A stretch of DNA of 63,796 bases, counting the filler, from Olpidium bornovanus S191 (Eukaryota; Fungi; Olpidiomycota), in the NCBI GenBank assembly GCA_017911155.1. It is 33 parts of 33 records of this genome, joined end to end, with 100 filler letters (N's around TTAATTAATTAA, not from the genome) between each part and the next. Parts side by side here need not be neighbours in the genome. Positions count along the whole stretch, not along the records: positions 12,996 to 14,030 come from JAEFCI010010430.1; positions 14,131 to 17,126 come from JAEFCI010004811.1; positions 17,227 to 18,752 come from JAEFCI010001741.1; positions 18,853 to 19,900 come from JAEFCI010011219.1; positions 20,001 to 21,361 come from JAEFCI010012658.1; positions 21,462 to 24,439 come from JAEFCI010005634.1; positions 24,540 to 26,099 come from JAEFCI010008845.1; 26 more parts are not named here. One strand, 5' to 3'. Positions 13,058 through 24,666 of the stretch are shown piece after piece. The first letter of the stretch is position 1; each line of letters opens with the position of its first letter. A program made the position numbers and the translations under genes. Below the pieces are notes generated by a model, which saw only the letters and a list, made by a program, of their open reading frames with translations, did no database searches and was not told where the DNA came from.

Positions 13058-13166
13058 CTTTTCCCGACCCATCCGGGAAACGCCGGCGCAGCTGCATCCC
13101 GGCGGTTCCCCCGTTTCGAGAACAATCCCGAGCTCAAATGGGGAAAAGTTCCAGTCTGCCCATCTC

Positions 13167-13946
13167 TTAGAACGCTTTAAGTTTATTCTCGCTGCCTATT
13201 TGGTGTTCAAATTCTTTCACGCGCGTCCGTTTGCCCGTTCCCACGACGTGCGGCGACGGTGATCCACATGGGGAAGGCGACGCAGACACCGAAGTCGACG
13301 AGACGGCCTCCCTTAGGCCCGTGAGCTCGCTCCGGAGATTCTCGAGGTTGACCCGCGCAAAGTATTCGGAGAAGTAGTAGTTTGCGCCGTTCCACACGCT
13401 CACCGAGAAAATGGTGAACAGGAAGGCGCCATGGATGTATATGTTGCGGGAGAAGACGGCCACCGGGAGGAGCGTCAGGACTGTGTACACGAGTTGTAAG
13501 CACTGGGTGCGTTTTTTTTTTTTTTTTTGGAAAACATGGCGAAAATGAAAAATAATGGAAAATGGTTTAAAGGATGCGACTATCTCGAATGCTGCGATTC
13601 CCGAAAAAATCAATAAAAACAAAAGTCCCTCTACCATGAACACTCCCAGCGAGCTCTGTTCGCCGAAGGCGGTGATCAGCTTGCGGATCGGGTTTTTCGT
13701 GTCCGACAGCAGCCACGTGTATGAGGTCACGCGCCCGGACCCGCCGCGGATTTTGTGTGCGCGGCCCTTCTCGACGAAGAAATAGTACGCGGCCTGCCAG
13801 GCGGCGTAAGCCAGCAGGCCCAGCCCGACCGTATCGTCCGTCCCGACCGGCGTACGCGGACCGTCGCCGTGCTTCGCCGCGGCGTGGAACCAGCGCAGCG
13901 TGAACAGCGTCATGGGCGGTTCAAAGTGGACGGCCACCGACGTAAC
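13167..13946 (-). CDS. GPC1: Glycerophosphocholine acyltransferase (Gpc1/DUF2838), 3' part
   Basis: Exons 13946-13635 and 13502-13167. Motifs VTSVAVHFEPP, YAAWQAAYYFF, RVTSYTWLL and SVWNGANYYFSEYF resemble yeast Gpc1 (IHLMPP, WQSLYHYF, TSFEYL, HNGATYY). Confidence 0.82.
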   Translation of the reverse strand, partial: VTSVAVHFEPPMTLFTLRWFHAAAKHGDGPRTPVGTDDTVGLGLLAYAAWQAAYYFFVEKGRAHKIRGGSGRVTSYTWLLSDTKNPIRKLITAFGEQSSLGVFMVEGLLFLLIFSGIAAFEIVASFKPFSIIFHFRHVFQKKKKKRTQCLQLVYTVLTLLPVAVFSRNIYIHGAFLFTIFSVSVWNGANYYFSEYFARVNLENLRSELTGLREAVSSTSVSASPSPCGSPSPHVVGTGKRTRVKEFEHQIGSENKLKAF

Positions 13947-16072
13947 CTTTTTTTTTTTTGGGTCACACGACGTTTGGGAACCGCGCATTGGCTTTCGTAC
14001 ACCTCCCTTCCCCTCCCCATTCCCGAGATGNNNNNNNNNNNNNNNNNNNNNNNNNNNNNNNNNNNNNNNNNNNNTTAATTAATTAANNNNNNNNNNNNNN
14101 NNNNNNNNNNNNNNNNNNNNNNNNNNNNNNCATGCCCCGCGGATTTTGTATTTGGGTATGCCCGAAAAAGTGCACGTTAATCAAACGCTCGAGAAAACGA
14201 ATGAAGGAGAGCGAACCTGAATCCGCCGCGAGTATGCTCGACCGGAGGCTTACCTGTGGTGATGAGACTGGGAGTGGCCGGCAACGAAACAGGAGCTGCC
14301 AACGGCGAAACAGGAGGTCAAGCATTAAGCGAAGGGGCCAAAAAAGTGAACACGCTCGAAGCTAACAAAACGGAAACCACGGTCCACGGAAGGTCCACGA
14401 AGACAAGGGAAGTTGAAAACGGGATGTAGGCGAAATGGCAAATGCCGCCTCAGGACAAACCTTACAAGGTCGAACCGCAAAAGCCAGACGTCCCGGAGCA
14501 AAAGCTGCAGAAAGATTCCTCGACGCAACAACCGGAAGCCGCGGCAATGGGAGCCACAGAAAATATTTTCAGCAAGGGATGTCGCATAACCGCAGGACAA
14601 TAATCTACAGCTGCTCGCCGAAGTTGCCGCCAGCTGCCCTTCCCCCGGACAAACGCCTGCCGGTGTCCCGCAGAATGCGCAGCCAGTGACGTCGAAAACG
14701 CGAAGAAAAATTATCCCGAGGCGAAAGAACCTCAGCAGGGAACCCGGGCAAGTCGCGGATAATTTGGCGACGGGCAGCGGTCCAGCAAACGGCGGGTCCA
14801 CGGAACAAGATGGAGGATGTCGGGGTTTTTTTGCCGATGATGTGAGCCGAGCGGCGCGCAAAAGCGAACATGACGCCTTTCGACGAGAACCTCAAGCCCA
14901 GCCCAGAGGTGGCCGCGGAGAGCGAAAAGTCGGTCTTGTCGGCTGGCGCGAGTCCTATCTGGCCAAGCGGATCAGATTCAGAATCTGCACGGATGCTCTT
15001 AAATGGCCGGGGACGATTTTTTCATAAAAGATAATTGCCCTGCATGTACCTTAAAGATCGGCAGACAGTTTGAGGCCTTAAGAAAGAGGTCGTGGCTTAC
15101 GCTGAGCGCAGTTACAAGCTGCGGAAAGAGACACAGGGCCTTAGCCACGTAAGTGATCAGGACTCCGCCCTGACATGTAAGAGTTTGATGAAGACTTTCC
15201 AAGGCTTCTCTGCTGAACTTGCTGTCGACCACAAATTTTTGAGAACTGTCGCCAAATATCTCGGCTTCGCGTTTCTTTCCATTTTGATCCATATTCCAGC
15301 CGACCCCGAGATTTTGCCTGCCGCCAACATTGCGCAATCATGTAACGGATCAATACGGGCCAGTCGAAATTCAAATGGCTACCCCTTTTTCGTCTCTTCG
15401 TCGATCCGGTGCATCCTTAACTGCGTTGCGATGCCCCGGCGGTGGTGAACGGTTCGGACTTACTCCGCCAAAAGTGACGGTGCGCCGTACGCCCGTCCTC
15501 ACCTTGCCTGGTTCAGATTGTCGGGAAATAAAACTCGATTTTCTGCACGACCTCAAATTGTTTCCGAACAAGCCGGATTTGCTAGATGGCATCGATCTCC
15601 TTTCCGCTGCACATCGCGGTTGATTCCCCTCCCCTCTCGCCCCACCCCACACAGAACCCGCACAACACAACGGAGGACAAAGAGGAGTTCCGTTCCAGCG
15701 AGAAGAAGGCAAAAAAAGGATCTCGTTCTCTTCACGCACACGAACACGCCAGATCGTGGCTATTTGCCGGCCCGCGACGGTCCGACCGAAGAAGAAGGGT
15801 CGAGGGGAGGGGGGGGGCGATAGGGGGGAAGGCGCTTGCGCCAATTAAATAAATTCAAGGCGAAAAATCTTTAGATCGCACGCGGTAAGTGCCAGCACGG
15901 CACCGTCACAGTACGGCGGGCGGGGCGGGGCGGACAGGAACGGGAAAGAGCGCTATCGCCCAACACTACCTTTTTTTCAACAGGGTCAGAGGGGAGAGGT
16001 TTTTTTTCACCGGGCCCGCGGGAAAGGGAGACATAAGAGGGGGGAGGTGGGGAGATATATTTCTCGATCTAG

Positions 16073-16642
16073 TCAGTCGTCGCCTTTCACTCCGGCGCCG
16101 CTCGGCGGGGCGTCCCGCAACTGCAGCCTGCGGCGGTTCTGCTCCCGCCTGTGCTCTTCCATCTCCTTTCGTTCAGACTCGTTCTCCTTGAAGTCCTTAA
16201 AGCCGATGCCGGTGGCGACGGCGACGTTGTTGTGGACGGCGACGGCGGTCCCGCGGTGGCGGGCGATCGCGCCGCGGAGGCCCGCCAGCCGCGGGCTGTC
16301 GGCGACGACGGCGCGGCTCGCAGCGATCGTCTTCCCGCCCTCGCGCAGCGCGATCTCGCGGGCGGCCTTCTCCGCGCCGGACAGCGCCGCCGGCGTGGTG
16401 AGCGCCCGGCCGGCGTTCTCGAAGGCCGCGCCCGACGAGGGCGAAACCACCCGCCCGAACTCCCCGACAGCTGCGAGGAAGCTCGTGACCAGGTCGCGCC
16501 GCTGCAGCGGCGGCAGGACGGCGCGCCGGAGGCCGCCGTGGGGGCCGGGGCCTCTAAGGGCGGAAGCGGAGGCCGGGCCGGCGGCGATGGCGACCAGGCC
16601 GACGAGGAGGATGGCGAAGCGTGGGGATCCGAAGCGACGCAT
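16073..16642 (-). CDS. Small intronless secreted protein, 189 aa, unknown family
   Basis: Starts MRRFGSPRFAILLVGLVAIAAGPASA (basic N-region, hydrophobic core, ASA cleavage). Dibasic sites LRR/AV and LQRR/DL follow. GC3-rich codons. Confidence 0.7.
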   Translation of the reverse strand: MRRFGSPRFAILLVGLVAIAAGPASASALRGPGPHGGLRRAVLPPLQRRDLVTSFLAAVGEFGRVVSPSSGAAFENAGRALTTPAALSGAEKAAREIALREGGKTIAASRAVVADSPRLAGLRGAIARHRGTAVAVHNNVAVATGIGFKDFKENESERKEMEEHRREQNRRRLQLRDAPPSGAGVKGDD

Positions 16643-17583
16643 TGGAGGGGCGGGAGTTCTGATTGGTGGAGGAAGGGGGGAGAAAATAGGGAAAATGCTA
16701 GATGGATTATAAGAGGGAATCTAGGACGGCGGGCACCGGCGCACTCTTGTCTCTCTCGCTCTCTCTCTCTATCTCGTTTTCTGTTTTTCTCAGGGAGTGG
16801 GGAATCGGGGAGGGGTCCTTACGCGGGCGCTGGGTCTGCGTTGGACGTTCTCGTTAGTCCGATTCGCGCTCCCCCGCGGGTCCGCTTTCCTCGCTCGCGC
16901 TCTGTAAACAAAAAAAAAAAAAAAAAATCGCCGATCCAATGGGCGCGTGTCCCTTCTTCCTCCCCCCTCCTCAAAAAACAAAAGGGGCCAGCGCCCACGA
17001 GGCAGCGCGCGCGGGAGAAGTGAAGAATGGCCCCGTGTGAGGCGAACAAGGCGAGAGGAACAAATGGGAGGGCGAGGCTGAGAGCCGCCCTGTTGCTTTT
17101 TGCAGAGTCTCTAGTTAACCGCCATGNNNNNNNNNNNNNNNNNNNNNNNNNNNNNNNNNNNNNNNNNNNNTTAATTAATTAANNNNNNNNNNNNNNNNNN
17201 NNNNNNNNNNNNNNNNNNNNNNNNNNCATGCACAAATTATTATTGTTATTTGCAGAAGATGCCGCTAGGCGGGCATCTCGTTTCTTTTCTTTTTTGAGGC
17301 CACCGAGGCGAGACGGGTGGACCTTTCTAAAATTGACCAATTAAAATTTGAGCCAGGCAGACAGAGAGACAGATGGTGCCAGGAGAGACAGAGGCGGCCG
17401 GGAGGTAACGGGAAGGGGGGTGGGGCGTTTGTTCCTCGGCCGGCCCTCGTCCCCCTCGTCCTCTTACTGTTTTCCCCTCTGGACGACCAAACATAAAAAG
17501 AAAAAAAAGACAGGAAGAACCAAGAGGAAAAGCAGCGCGCTCCCCGCCACCGCCACCAGGAGAAAAAAACCTGCGCTTCGGCC

Positions 17584-18704
17584 ATGCCCGGCACGGCGGG
17601 CGACAAGAAGAAGAAAGACGCCGCCTCCGGCGGAGGAGGAGGAGGCGGCGGTGGCGGCGGTGGAGCTAGCTCCACCGCCAAGAAGCGGAATCTCGACGCC
17701 CGGAAACACCCGGCGAACGGAGTCGGCGACCCGAAGAGACGGAAAACGGCGCCCGGCGGCGGCGGTGGCGACGGGCCCGGGAAGCACGCGCGGGGCGGGG
17801 TCGAGCGGTCCGCGCCTGCGGCCGCGCAGGAGCTGCCGCGGCTGTCGCGTAAGGAGCAGCAGGCGCTGACGAAGCAGCGGAAAATGCAGAAACCGCACGG
17901 CGACCTCATCTCGCGGTTAAAGGCAATCAACGGGAAGCTGCGAGTCGCCGCGAAGAGGCGGGAGAAGGAGGAAGTCACCGCGGAGCTGTACGGCGCCCTG
18001 CAGGGCCGAGTCCTCGATGTCCTGCTCAAGCACGACGCAGCCCGCGTGGTGCAGTCCTGCCTGAAAAACGGCACCCCTGAGCAGAAGACGGCCATCGCCC
18101 GCGAGCTAAAAGGTGGGGCCCGCCGCGTTGTGTGTCCGGGTGTCGCGACCTCCTGATAACGCCAAAATGGCGAAGAGCGCCTGCTGCTGACGCGAGGTTC
18201 CGTGTGTGCACGGTAAACGTCTCTTTTAGGCCACTACGTTGACGTCAGCAAGGCCAATTATGGCAAATGGGTCGTCACGAAAGTCTTGAAGTACTGGTAA
18301 GAACTCCGCTTCGAGGGCCAACTGTGCAGCGGGGAAAAGACATATTCTTGGGCTTGACTCCCGGTGGTTTGGTGCAGTGAGGTAACCCCGCTGCTTGCTT
18401 TCTGGTTTCGACAAGTTCGAAACTCCGAGCAGAGATTATTGCCGAATTCTACGGGCATGTCTTCGAGTTGATGAGGCATTCGGTACGCCCCTTCCGCTTT
18501 TGCCATCGCGACATTGAATTTTGCGGCGTGCGAGTAGGTTAGAACGTGGATTGCTAATGTGCTCCGGTCTTTTTTGCCCAAACCACCGGTATGCTGCAGC
18601 ACGCGTCGGATGTCCTTGAAGACGCGTTTGTGCTGTACGCGGACGACGCAACGAAATCAGCCCTTGTCGAAGAGTTTTACGGCCGGGAATTCGCCTTGTG
18701 GAAG
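17584..18704 (+). CDS. PUF6: Pumilio-homology rRNA processing protein Puf6/Puf-A (3' truncated)
   Basis: Basic low-complexity N-terminus, then KHDAARVVQSCLKNG, exon GHYVDVSKANYGKWVVTKVLKY, exon LRAEIIAEFYGHVFELMRH, exon AASDVLEDAFVLYA...LVEEFYGREFALWK. Confidence 0.92.
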
Positions 18705-18852
18705 GTCGGTGCTCGTTTCTACGCCCTGACAAATGGCGCAGGCTGTGGCATGNNNNNNNNNNNNNNNNNNNNNNNNNNNNNNNNNNNNNNNNNNNNTTAA
18801 TTAATTAANNNNNNNNNNNNNNNNNNNNNNNNNNNNNNNNNNNNNNNNNNNN

Positions 18853-19739
18853 CATGGACCAACCAAACTGCCCAGAGAGCTCAACAGAGTGCTGGCAAAA
18901 TCGCAGATTAAAGTGTTCAAGTAAGCGGAGAGCTGGCCGACGTGCGGGATGACTATGACGCCTTTCACGTTGTCGGCCTGATCTTCCCGCGGCTCAAACG
19001 CGAAGCACCGGTGGCCAAGCGCAGAAGAGTACTGCAACGGTAACGATTATTTGGCGACGTCATGTGACGAGTCTGGCCGGTAGCGGAACCGGAAAGATAC
19101 CTTGTGCCGCAGTGTCTCGAATTGTTCAACGCCTTGGGCAAGTCCGTCGCTTTCCTGACAAGACATAAGGCCTATCACCTGGACAGACGGCTCCACGTTG
19201 AGATCTCACGTTCCAGGTTGTAGCGCTTGGCCGCTGGAACAAGTGGCGCCTACCCCAAGCACTTGTCTGTGCGGCTGGAACTCCTCCAAATACCGATGCT
19301 CTTTGTCATAAGCGGTCAAGAAATCGAAGTGCAGGTGTCCATCCGCAGATAGTTGGCTGCTGAACATTGCTACGTCGTTGTAAAGTCAAGATGGACGCCG
19401 GGTGAGAGCGTGGCAGCAGGAGCTGCGGATGACTGTTCTTCATAGGAAAGAAACTCGCGGAACGGCAACCGCTTTTCCGCACGGACTGCACCGGCACAAG
19501 AATAGCAACCCGGCCACCTCAGCGCCGGGCGCGCGAGTCAACAGAGCCGCGGGCGGCAGCTGCCACGTACTGGTGACTCCCTTGGTGTCCGGGGCGATCT
19601 CGGCCAGGCTGACCGAGCTGCAGTTGTCAGAGAGCAGGGAGGTATAGCGCGCAAAGGTGCTGCGCCTGATTTTGCCGACCGGCACGAGCATGACGCGAAT
19701 CCTGGCGGGCCTGGATATGGAGATTGTGGAGCCGTCCAT
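18853..19739 (-). CDS. TRS120: TRAPP II subunit Trs120/TRAPPC9, N-terminal part
   Basis: Exons: MDGSTISISRPARIRVMLVPVGKIRRSTFARY...LAEIAPD; MFSSQLSADGHLHFDF...YLEEFQPHRQVLG; VIGLMSCQ; YSSALGHRCFAFEP...VIVIPHVGQLSAYLNTLICDFASTLL. Confidence 0.85.
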
Positions 19740-20047
19740 GGCGGGACGGAAAGGGCGGCAGCGGCGCTGGCGCAGAGTAGGAACGAACGGCCCTATCGGC
19801 TGTCAAGACCGCGGGCGCGTCGGGCGCCGCCGCGTACGTGTGCGCGCGCTGGATGGTTCGTTGCGCGGAGGTCTCCCTCGCGGTCTCTCGCCTGGCCATG
19901 NNNNNNNNNNNNNNNNNNNNNNNNNNNNNNNNNNNNNNNNNNNNTTAATTAATTAANNNNNNNNNNNNNNNNNNNNNNNNNNNNNNNNNNNNNNNNNNNN
20001 CACATTTCTTCAGACGGCAAAAACGTCGCGTCGTTGACAGAGCAAAC

Positions 20048-20874
20048 CTTTCAGACGCTCTTGCTGCCGTTGCTTTCGCGCCGCGACAGCTTCGGGACTG
20101 GTGTCCAAAGAAACGTTCATGTTCTGCACAAAAATTACCATCGGCGCGGAACAGCAGGCGTTTCCGGCGTGAGTGGCGCGCAATCCCCAAACCAATTCAG
20201 ATGACAGACCAATCTCCTTGAACTCTCTTCCCTCTGCGATGCGCCACGCAAGCATAGCGATCGTTGTTTATTCCATCGACATTTTTCCGTACCGGCAGGG
20301 GCCAGGTCTCGGAGGCGACGTACGTGTCGAGGTAGTGCTTCTCGCACTCCTGGGTCGTTTTGCTGCCTACGTGATCGGCGATGTCGGCCCAGTTGCCTAG
20401 ACCGTACAGCTCCGCCCCTTCGATGAGTAACACCTCCTCGTCAGCACCCCAATCCTCCTCGAATATCGAGAATTGAAGCCTTTCCTGGTTTTATTTTTTT
20501 TTTGGGCCGGTGGGGGAGGAGGGGGGGGAGGGGTTTCAGCGGCTGGGTCTGAATATCACAGCACACCGAAACGCGGCGCGCACCAGCTCAGCATGCCGGC
20601 AGTGGACGAAATGCATCCGTGGGATGCGAGCAGCACGTACAATAACTCGATAGCGGTGGTAGCTCTTGTGCTTCGCTACCTCCTTGCCGGAGCAGAAGCA
20701 GCGGACGCAGAGGTCAAAGTCCTCACATTCTGCGCACCGGATCCTGACCGTGTTGGATATGTTCGCGTTGCAGCTGTCGCAATTGTACAAGACCGTGCTG
20801 CCGCCTGCGCGAAGTTGGGGGGGCGCGTGGGTGGGTGGGGAGGTTGGAGGTGCAGGATCGAGGGTTGCGGTCAT
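20048..20874 (-). CDS. ADA2: Transcriptional adapter Ada2 (ZZ zinc finger and SANT), partial; 5' end uncertain
   Basis: [31 protein letters not shown]...HKSYHRY (ZZ); [41 protein letters not shown] (SANT); next exon [19 protein letters not shown]. Confidence 0.93.
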
Positions 20875-21295
20875 TAATGCCGTAATTCCGCACAGCTGTA
20901 TGCCAACATATAATATATCTTCGTTCCGGCGCCGTTTCGCGCGGAAATCCCCGACGACGGACGGGGGCGGGACGGGCTCAAGTGCTGGTCGGCGGGAGCG
21001 TCGCAGCGGGCGGCGCGCTCGGCAGGCCGCCGCGAACGCGCCCGGCGGGCGGGCGCTGCTCGCGGCGGGCCAGTGCGAGAGGGCGGGGCGCGGAGGCGAC
21101 CGGTGACGTAACATGATTTGGGCCCGGTGACTCCGGACCGCTTTGCGAAACGCGGGGGAGGGGGGGGGGTGGTGTGTAATACGTGGGGACCGCAGCAGGG
21201 AGCGGCGGGCGCTTCCCACTTCTCCCCTCACCGGCCTGCGCGGCCGCCGTCGCGGTCGCCTTGCTCTGGTGGCTGAAAACCATGCTGGCTGGTGC

Positions 21296-21330
<35 letters not shown>

Positions 21331-21461
21331 CGGGGGGGGGGGGGGGGGGGCGCGGGGGGGGNNNNNNNNNNNNNNNNNNNNNNNNNNNNNNNNNNNNNNN
21401 NNNNNTTAATTAATTAANNNNNNNNNNNNNNNNNNNNNNNNNNNNNNNNNNNNNNNNNNNN

Positions 21462-21654
21462 CAGATGGTACACCCGGCATACCATTTCGTGATTGTTGAT
21501 TCAAGCAGCGCAGCGGGAATGTGGATTCGACTCCAAGAAAATTATGGACAAGCGGACGGTGGCACGTACGATACGTCCATGTCGTCAGATTTGCTGCGGC
21601 GTGAAGTCAGAAAGGAAAGGAGAGAGAGAGAAAAAAAAAAAAAGAAAAAAAAAG

Positions 21655-21691
<37 letters not shown>

Positions 21692-22374
21692 AAACACGCG
21701 ACGCACATCAGCCGTCCCGCGCCCCGCGCCCGCCGCCTGCCGCCCGCCGCTCCCGATATGTCAGACTGCCCCGCGCCGCCGCCGCAGTCCCCGCTGCACC
21801 GCCGCTGCCTTTGTCCGCCGCACGCCGCCGGCCGCCCCGCTTGCTCGTCGCCGCCGCCGCCGCCGCCGCCGGCCGAACGCGAGCACGCGTCGCCCGAGCA
21901 CACGTTTCCCTCCTCCCCCCCCCCCTCCCCCCCCTCCCCCCCCTCGCCCCCCCCCCCCCCCCCCCCTCCTCCTCCTCCTCCTCCTCCTCCTCCTCCTTCT
22001 CCTCGCCTTCTGCGGCCCGCCGGGAGCACAGGGTCCCTTCGCCTCCTTGGGCGGCCGACCACGAGTGCAGGATCCCCGCCTCCTCCCCGCCGTTTCCCTC
22101 GCGCCTTCTTCCGGCAGTCGACCTCGACTACAGGTTTCCCTCCCCGCCCCTGCCCGGCGACGGCGACGGGTCCGGCGGCGACCGCGAGTTGGGGCCTTCC
22201 CTCTCGTCCCTGCCGGGCGGCGGCGGCGGCGACGGCCGCGGGTGCAGGTCTCCTTTTTCGCCGTCGTCGCCGAAGCGCCGCCGCAACGCGCCCGGGACGT
22301 CCCGGAGGAGCGGCGCGCCGCCGGGCCCGGCTTCGCCCGGGGACGACGCGGGCCGCGCCGAAGCGGGCGCCGCA

Positions 22375-22406
<32 letters not shown>

Positions 22407-23954
22407 CCCGTCCGTGATTGCCCGGCCGGGCCCCGCGCGGCGGCAGCGGTTCGTGGTGCAGTGCGACCTCCTCGCCGCGCCGTCGGCCGCCGACTATTAC
22501 GCGGACGCCCAGCTTCCCGCGGCCGCAGGGGTGCCGCCTCCGCCGCCGCCCTCGCTGCAGGATCCGCAGTTCCGGGAGGTGCGCCCGCTCGCCGCGGCCT
22601 CGGCGGCCGCTTCGTCCGCGACCACCCACGCGGCACCGTCTGCCGCCTCGTGCCGGGACTCGTCGAGGGCCTCGTCGCCGACGTTGATATCCTCGCCCAT
22701 CCGGCCGTCGCCGCACCCGGGACCTTCCTGGTGCGGAGGCCGGCCGTTCGAGGTAATCGGCCCCGACGCCACTCCGGTCCACAGGACCGCGCCGGCTCCG
22801 CGGGACCCGGGCCGGGAAGGCATCATCGCGGCGACGCCCCCCAAGAGCCCGATGGGAACCGCGCGGACCATGTCGCAAAGGGGCAAGAAGCCGGTTCGTT
22901 ACGCGAAAAAGCGCTTCATCAACAAGATTGATGCTAAGAGCTATTTCTCAAACGAGCGCACGATGTACTCGTGGTTTTCCATGTGAGTAACTTGATCCGC
23001 GAGGCGGTATACCCTTTCCCCGCGTCCTCCCGTTTCGTGAACGAGAATCACCGTTGCGTCCTAGTCGAATGGTTCGTTCTACCGCTGCTGTTCATTCGGT
23101 TTTCCCCCCTTTTTTTCTTTTATATTTTTTTCTCTCTCTTTTTCTTTTCTTTTTTTTCTTTATATTTTCTCTCTCTCTTTTTCTTTTCTTTTTTTTCTTT
23201 TCTACTTTCTCTCTTTTTTTTCCTTTTTTTTCTTTTATATTTTCTCTCTCTCTTTTTCTTTTATTTCATTTTCTTTTATTTCATTTTCTTTTATTTTCTT
23301 TTATTTTATTTGTTTTTTTTTTATTTTTGCCCTTTTCTTTTCTTTTCTTTTATTTTGTTTCCTTTTTTCCCCCCCTTTTTTGCCCTTTTCTTTTTTTCTT
23401 TTTTTTCTTTTTGTCCTTTTTTCTTTAATTTATCATTCTTTCTTTTTTTTTCCCTGTTTCTTTCCTTTTTTTCTTTTTTTTTCATTTTTCCTTTTTTTTC
23501 CCTGCAGGCCCCCTTCTTCCCTTCTCCACGCGTCCTCCCGTTTTCCACCGGCTCTACATTTTACCTCACTGTTGTGACATTGCTTTTTTATTTGCATCTC
23601 ACTCTCGCGACAGACATATGGTCAATATTCCGGCCGCCTAACGCCTTCCGCCCTTCGCGTCCTTCAAGCGGCACCTCCGTTCTCGGCGTTGGTCTCAGCC
23701 TTTTCGGCTACATCAACGTCGACCCGGAGGTGTCAGCCATCGGGCTCAAGACGGGGACGGTGCTGTCGTGCCTGGCCCTATTTGTATTCTTCTACGCGGG
23801 CTACCACTTCTGCTGGCGCCGACGTGCCCTGGCACGCAGGATGCGCGCCACCGCCTTCGACGACCGGTTCGGCGCGTGGATTCTCGCTGTGCTGCTGATA
23901 GCCGGCCTGGGCGTAAACGTCGTACTGGCCTGGAGCAGCCCTGCCGGGCTGCAG
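21462..23954 (+). CDS. VTC/DUF202 membrane-domain protein with long low-complexity linker (partial)
   Basis: KIDAKSYFSNERTMYSWFS, donor at 22983, acceptor at 23667-23668, then IGTSVLGVGLSLFG...YHFCWRRRALARR...FDDRFGAWIL. This resembles the Vtc1 three-TM domain (KVFFANERTFLSW...YHWRA...YDDRLGP). Confidence 0.75.
23095..23505 (+). repeat. About 400-bp T-rich polypyrimidine low-complexity tract inside an intron
   Basis: Near-continuous TTTTC/TTTTA units between the 22983 donor and the 23668 acceptor. Confidence 0.9.
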
Positions 23955-24540
23955 GTTCGGGTGCGCAGGACGGCCTTCGGGCCCAGCCGACAGCGGACGT
24001 TGCGGGCCGCGCCCCCGGGATCGGAATATGTACAACCCCTGCCGCAAGCGAGATCCCGCCCGCCAGCGTGGCCGGCGGAAGCTTAAAAAAAAAAGAGAGC
24101 ACAAAACAAGCGTGTTTCGCCACGCACCCTTCTAATTACGCAGCATCGCAGCAGCAAACGAATCAACATACAATTTCCACACTTCCCATCCCCATCCGCC
24201 GCTGTGCTGCTAATCCGCATTAACCCCTGCGTTTCATATGTATTTGGAGAACGTGCCCCATTCCCCGCCTCAAGACCCTCCCCTCCCCCCACCCTCTCCC
24301 TGCAAAACCCGCTCTCCCTGCGTTCGGAGGAACGCGTTGCGAAGTCGCAGGCCTGTCTTTTTTCGTCTTCTTGCTTTTCTCCCGCCCCCCCCCCCCCCCC
24401 CCCCCGAAACCAAAGTTCATACGCGCGCTTTGAAAGAGGNNNNNNNNNNNNNNNNNNNNNNNNNNNNNNNNNNNNNNNNNNNNTTAATTAATTAANNNNN
24501 NNNNNNNNNNNNNNNNNNNNNNNNNNNNNNNNNNNNNNNG

Positions 24541-24642
24541 AAATGTCAGGAGCATCGCGCAGCAGCCGGAATTCGTTTCGGCGTCGGTAGCCCGGTGTCC
24601 TTGCGTTGGGACCCGGCGTCGGTCGTCGTTCTCGCGAGCTGA
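24541..24642 (+). CDS. C-terminus of a probable bacterial ABC transporter ATP-binding protein (TOBE-like end)
   Basis: KCQEHRAAAGIRFGVGSPVSLRWDPASVVVLAS* fits the G..V.L.W.....VL ending of PotA/MalK-type ATPases. Only 33 codons are visible. The stop lies 24 bp before the next gene. Confidence 0.5.
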   Translation, partial: KCQEHRAAAGIRFGVGSPVSLRWDPASVVVLAS

Positions 24643-24655
24643 AGCAGAAATTTAT

Positions 24656-24659
24656 AGGA
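24656..24659 (+). promoter_or_regulatory. Shine-Dalgarno-like ribosome binding site
   Basis: AGGA followed by 7 nt (TCTCAAA) and then ATG 24667. Confidence 0.55.
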
Positions 24660-24666
24660 TCTCAAA

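Noticed and set aside
14131-15623. A-rich, coding-like stretch with several stops (possible pseudogene or decayed element)
   Set aside because: No recognisable domain and no consistent frame or splice model.
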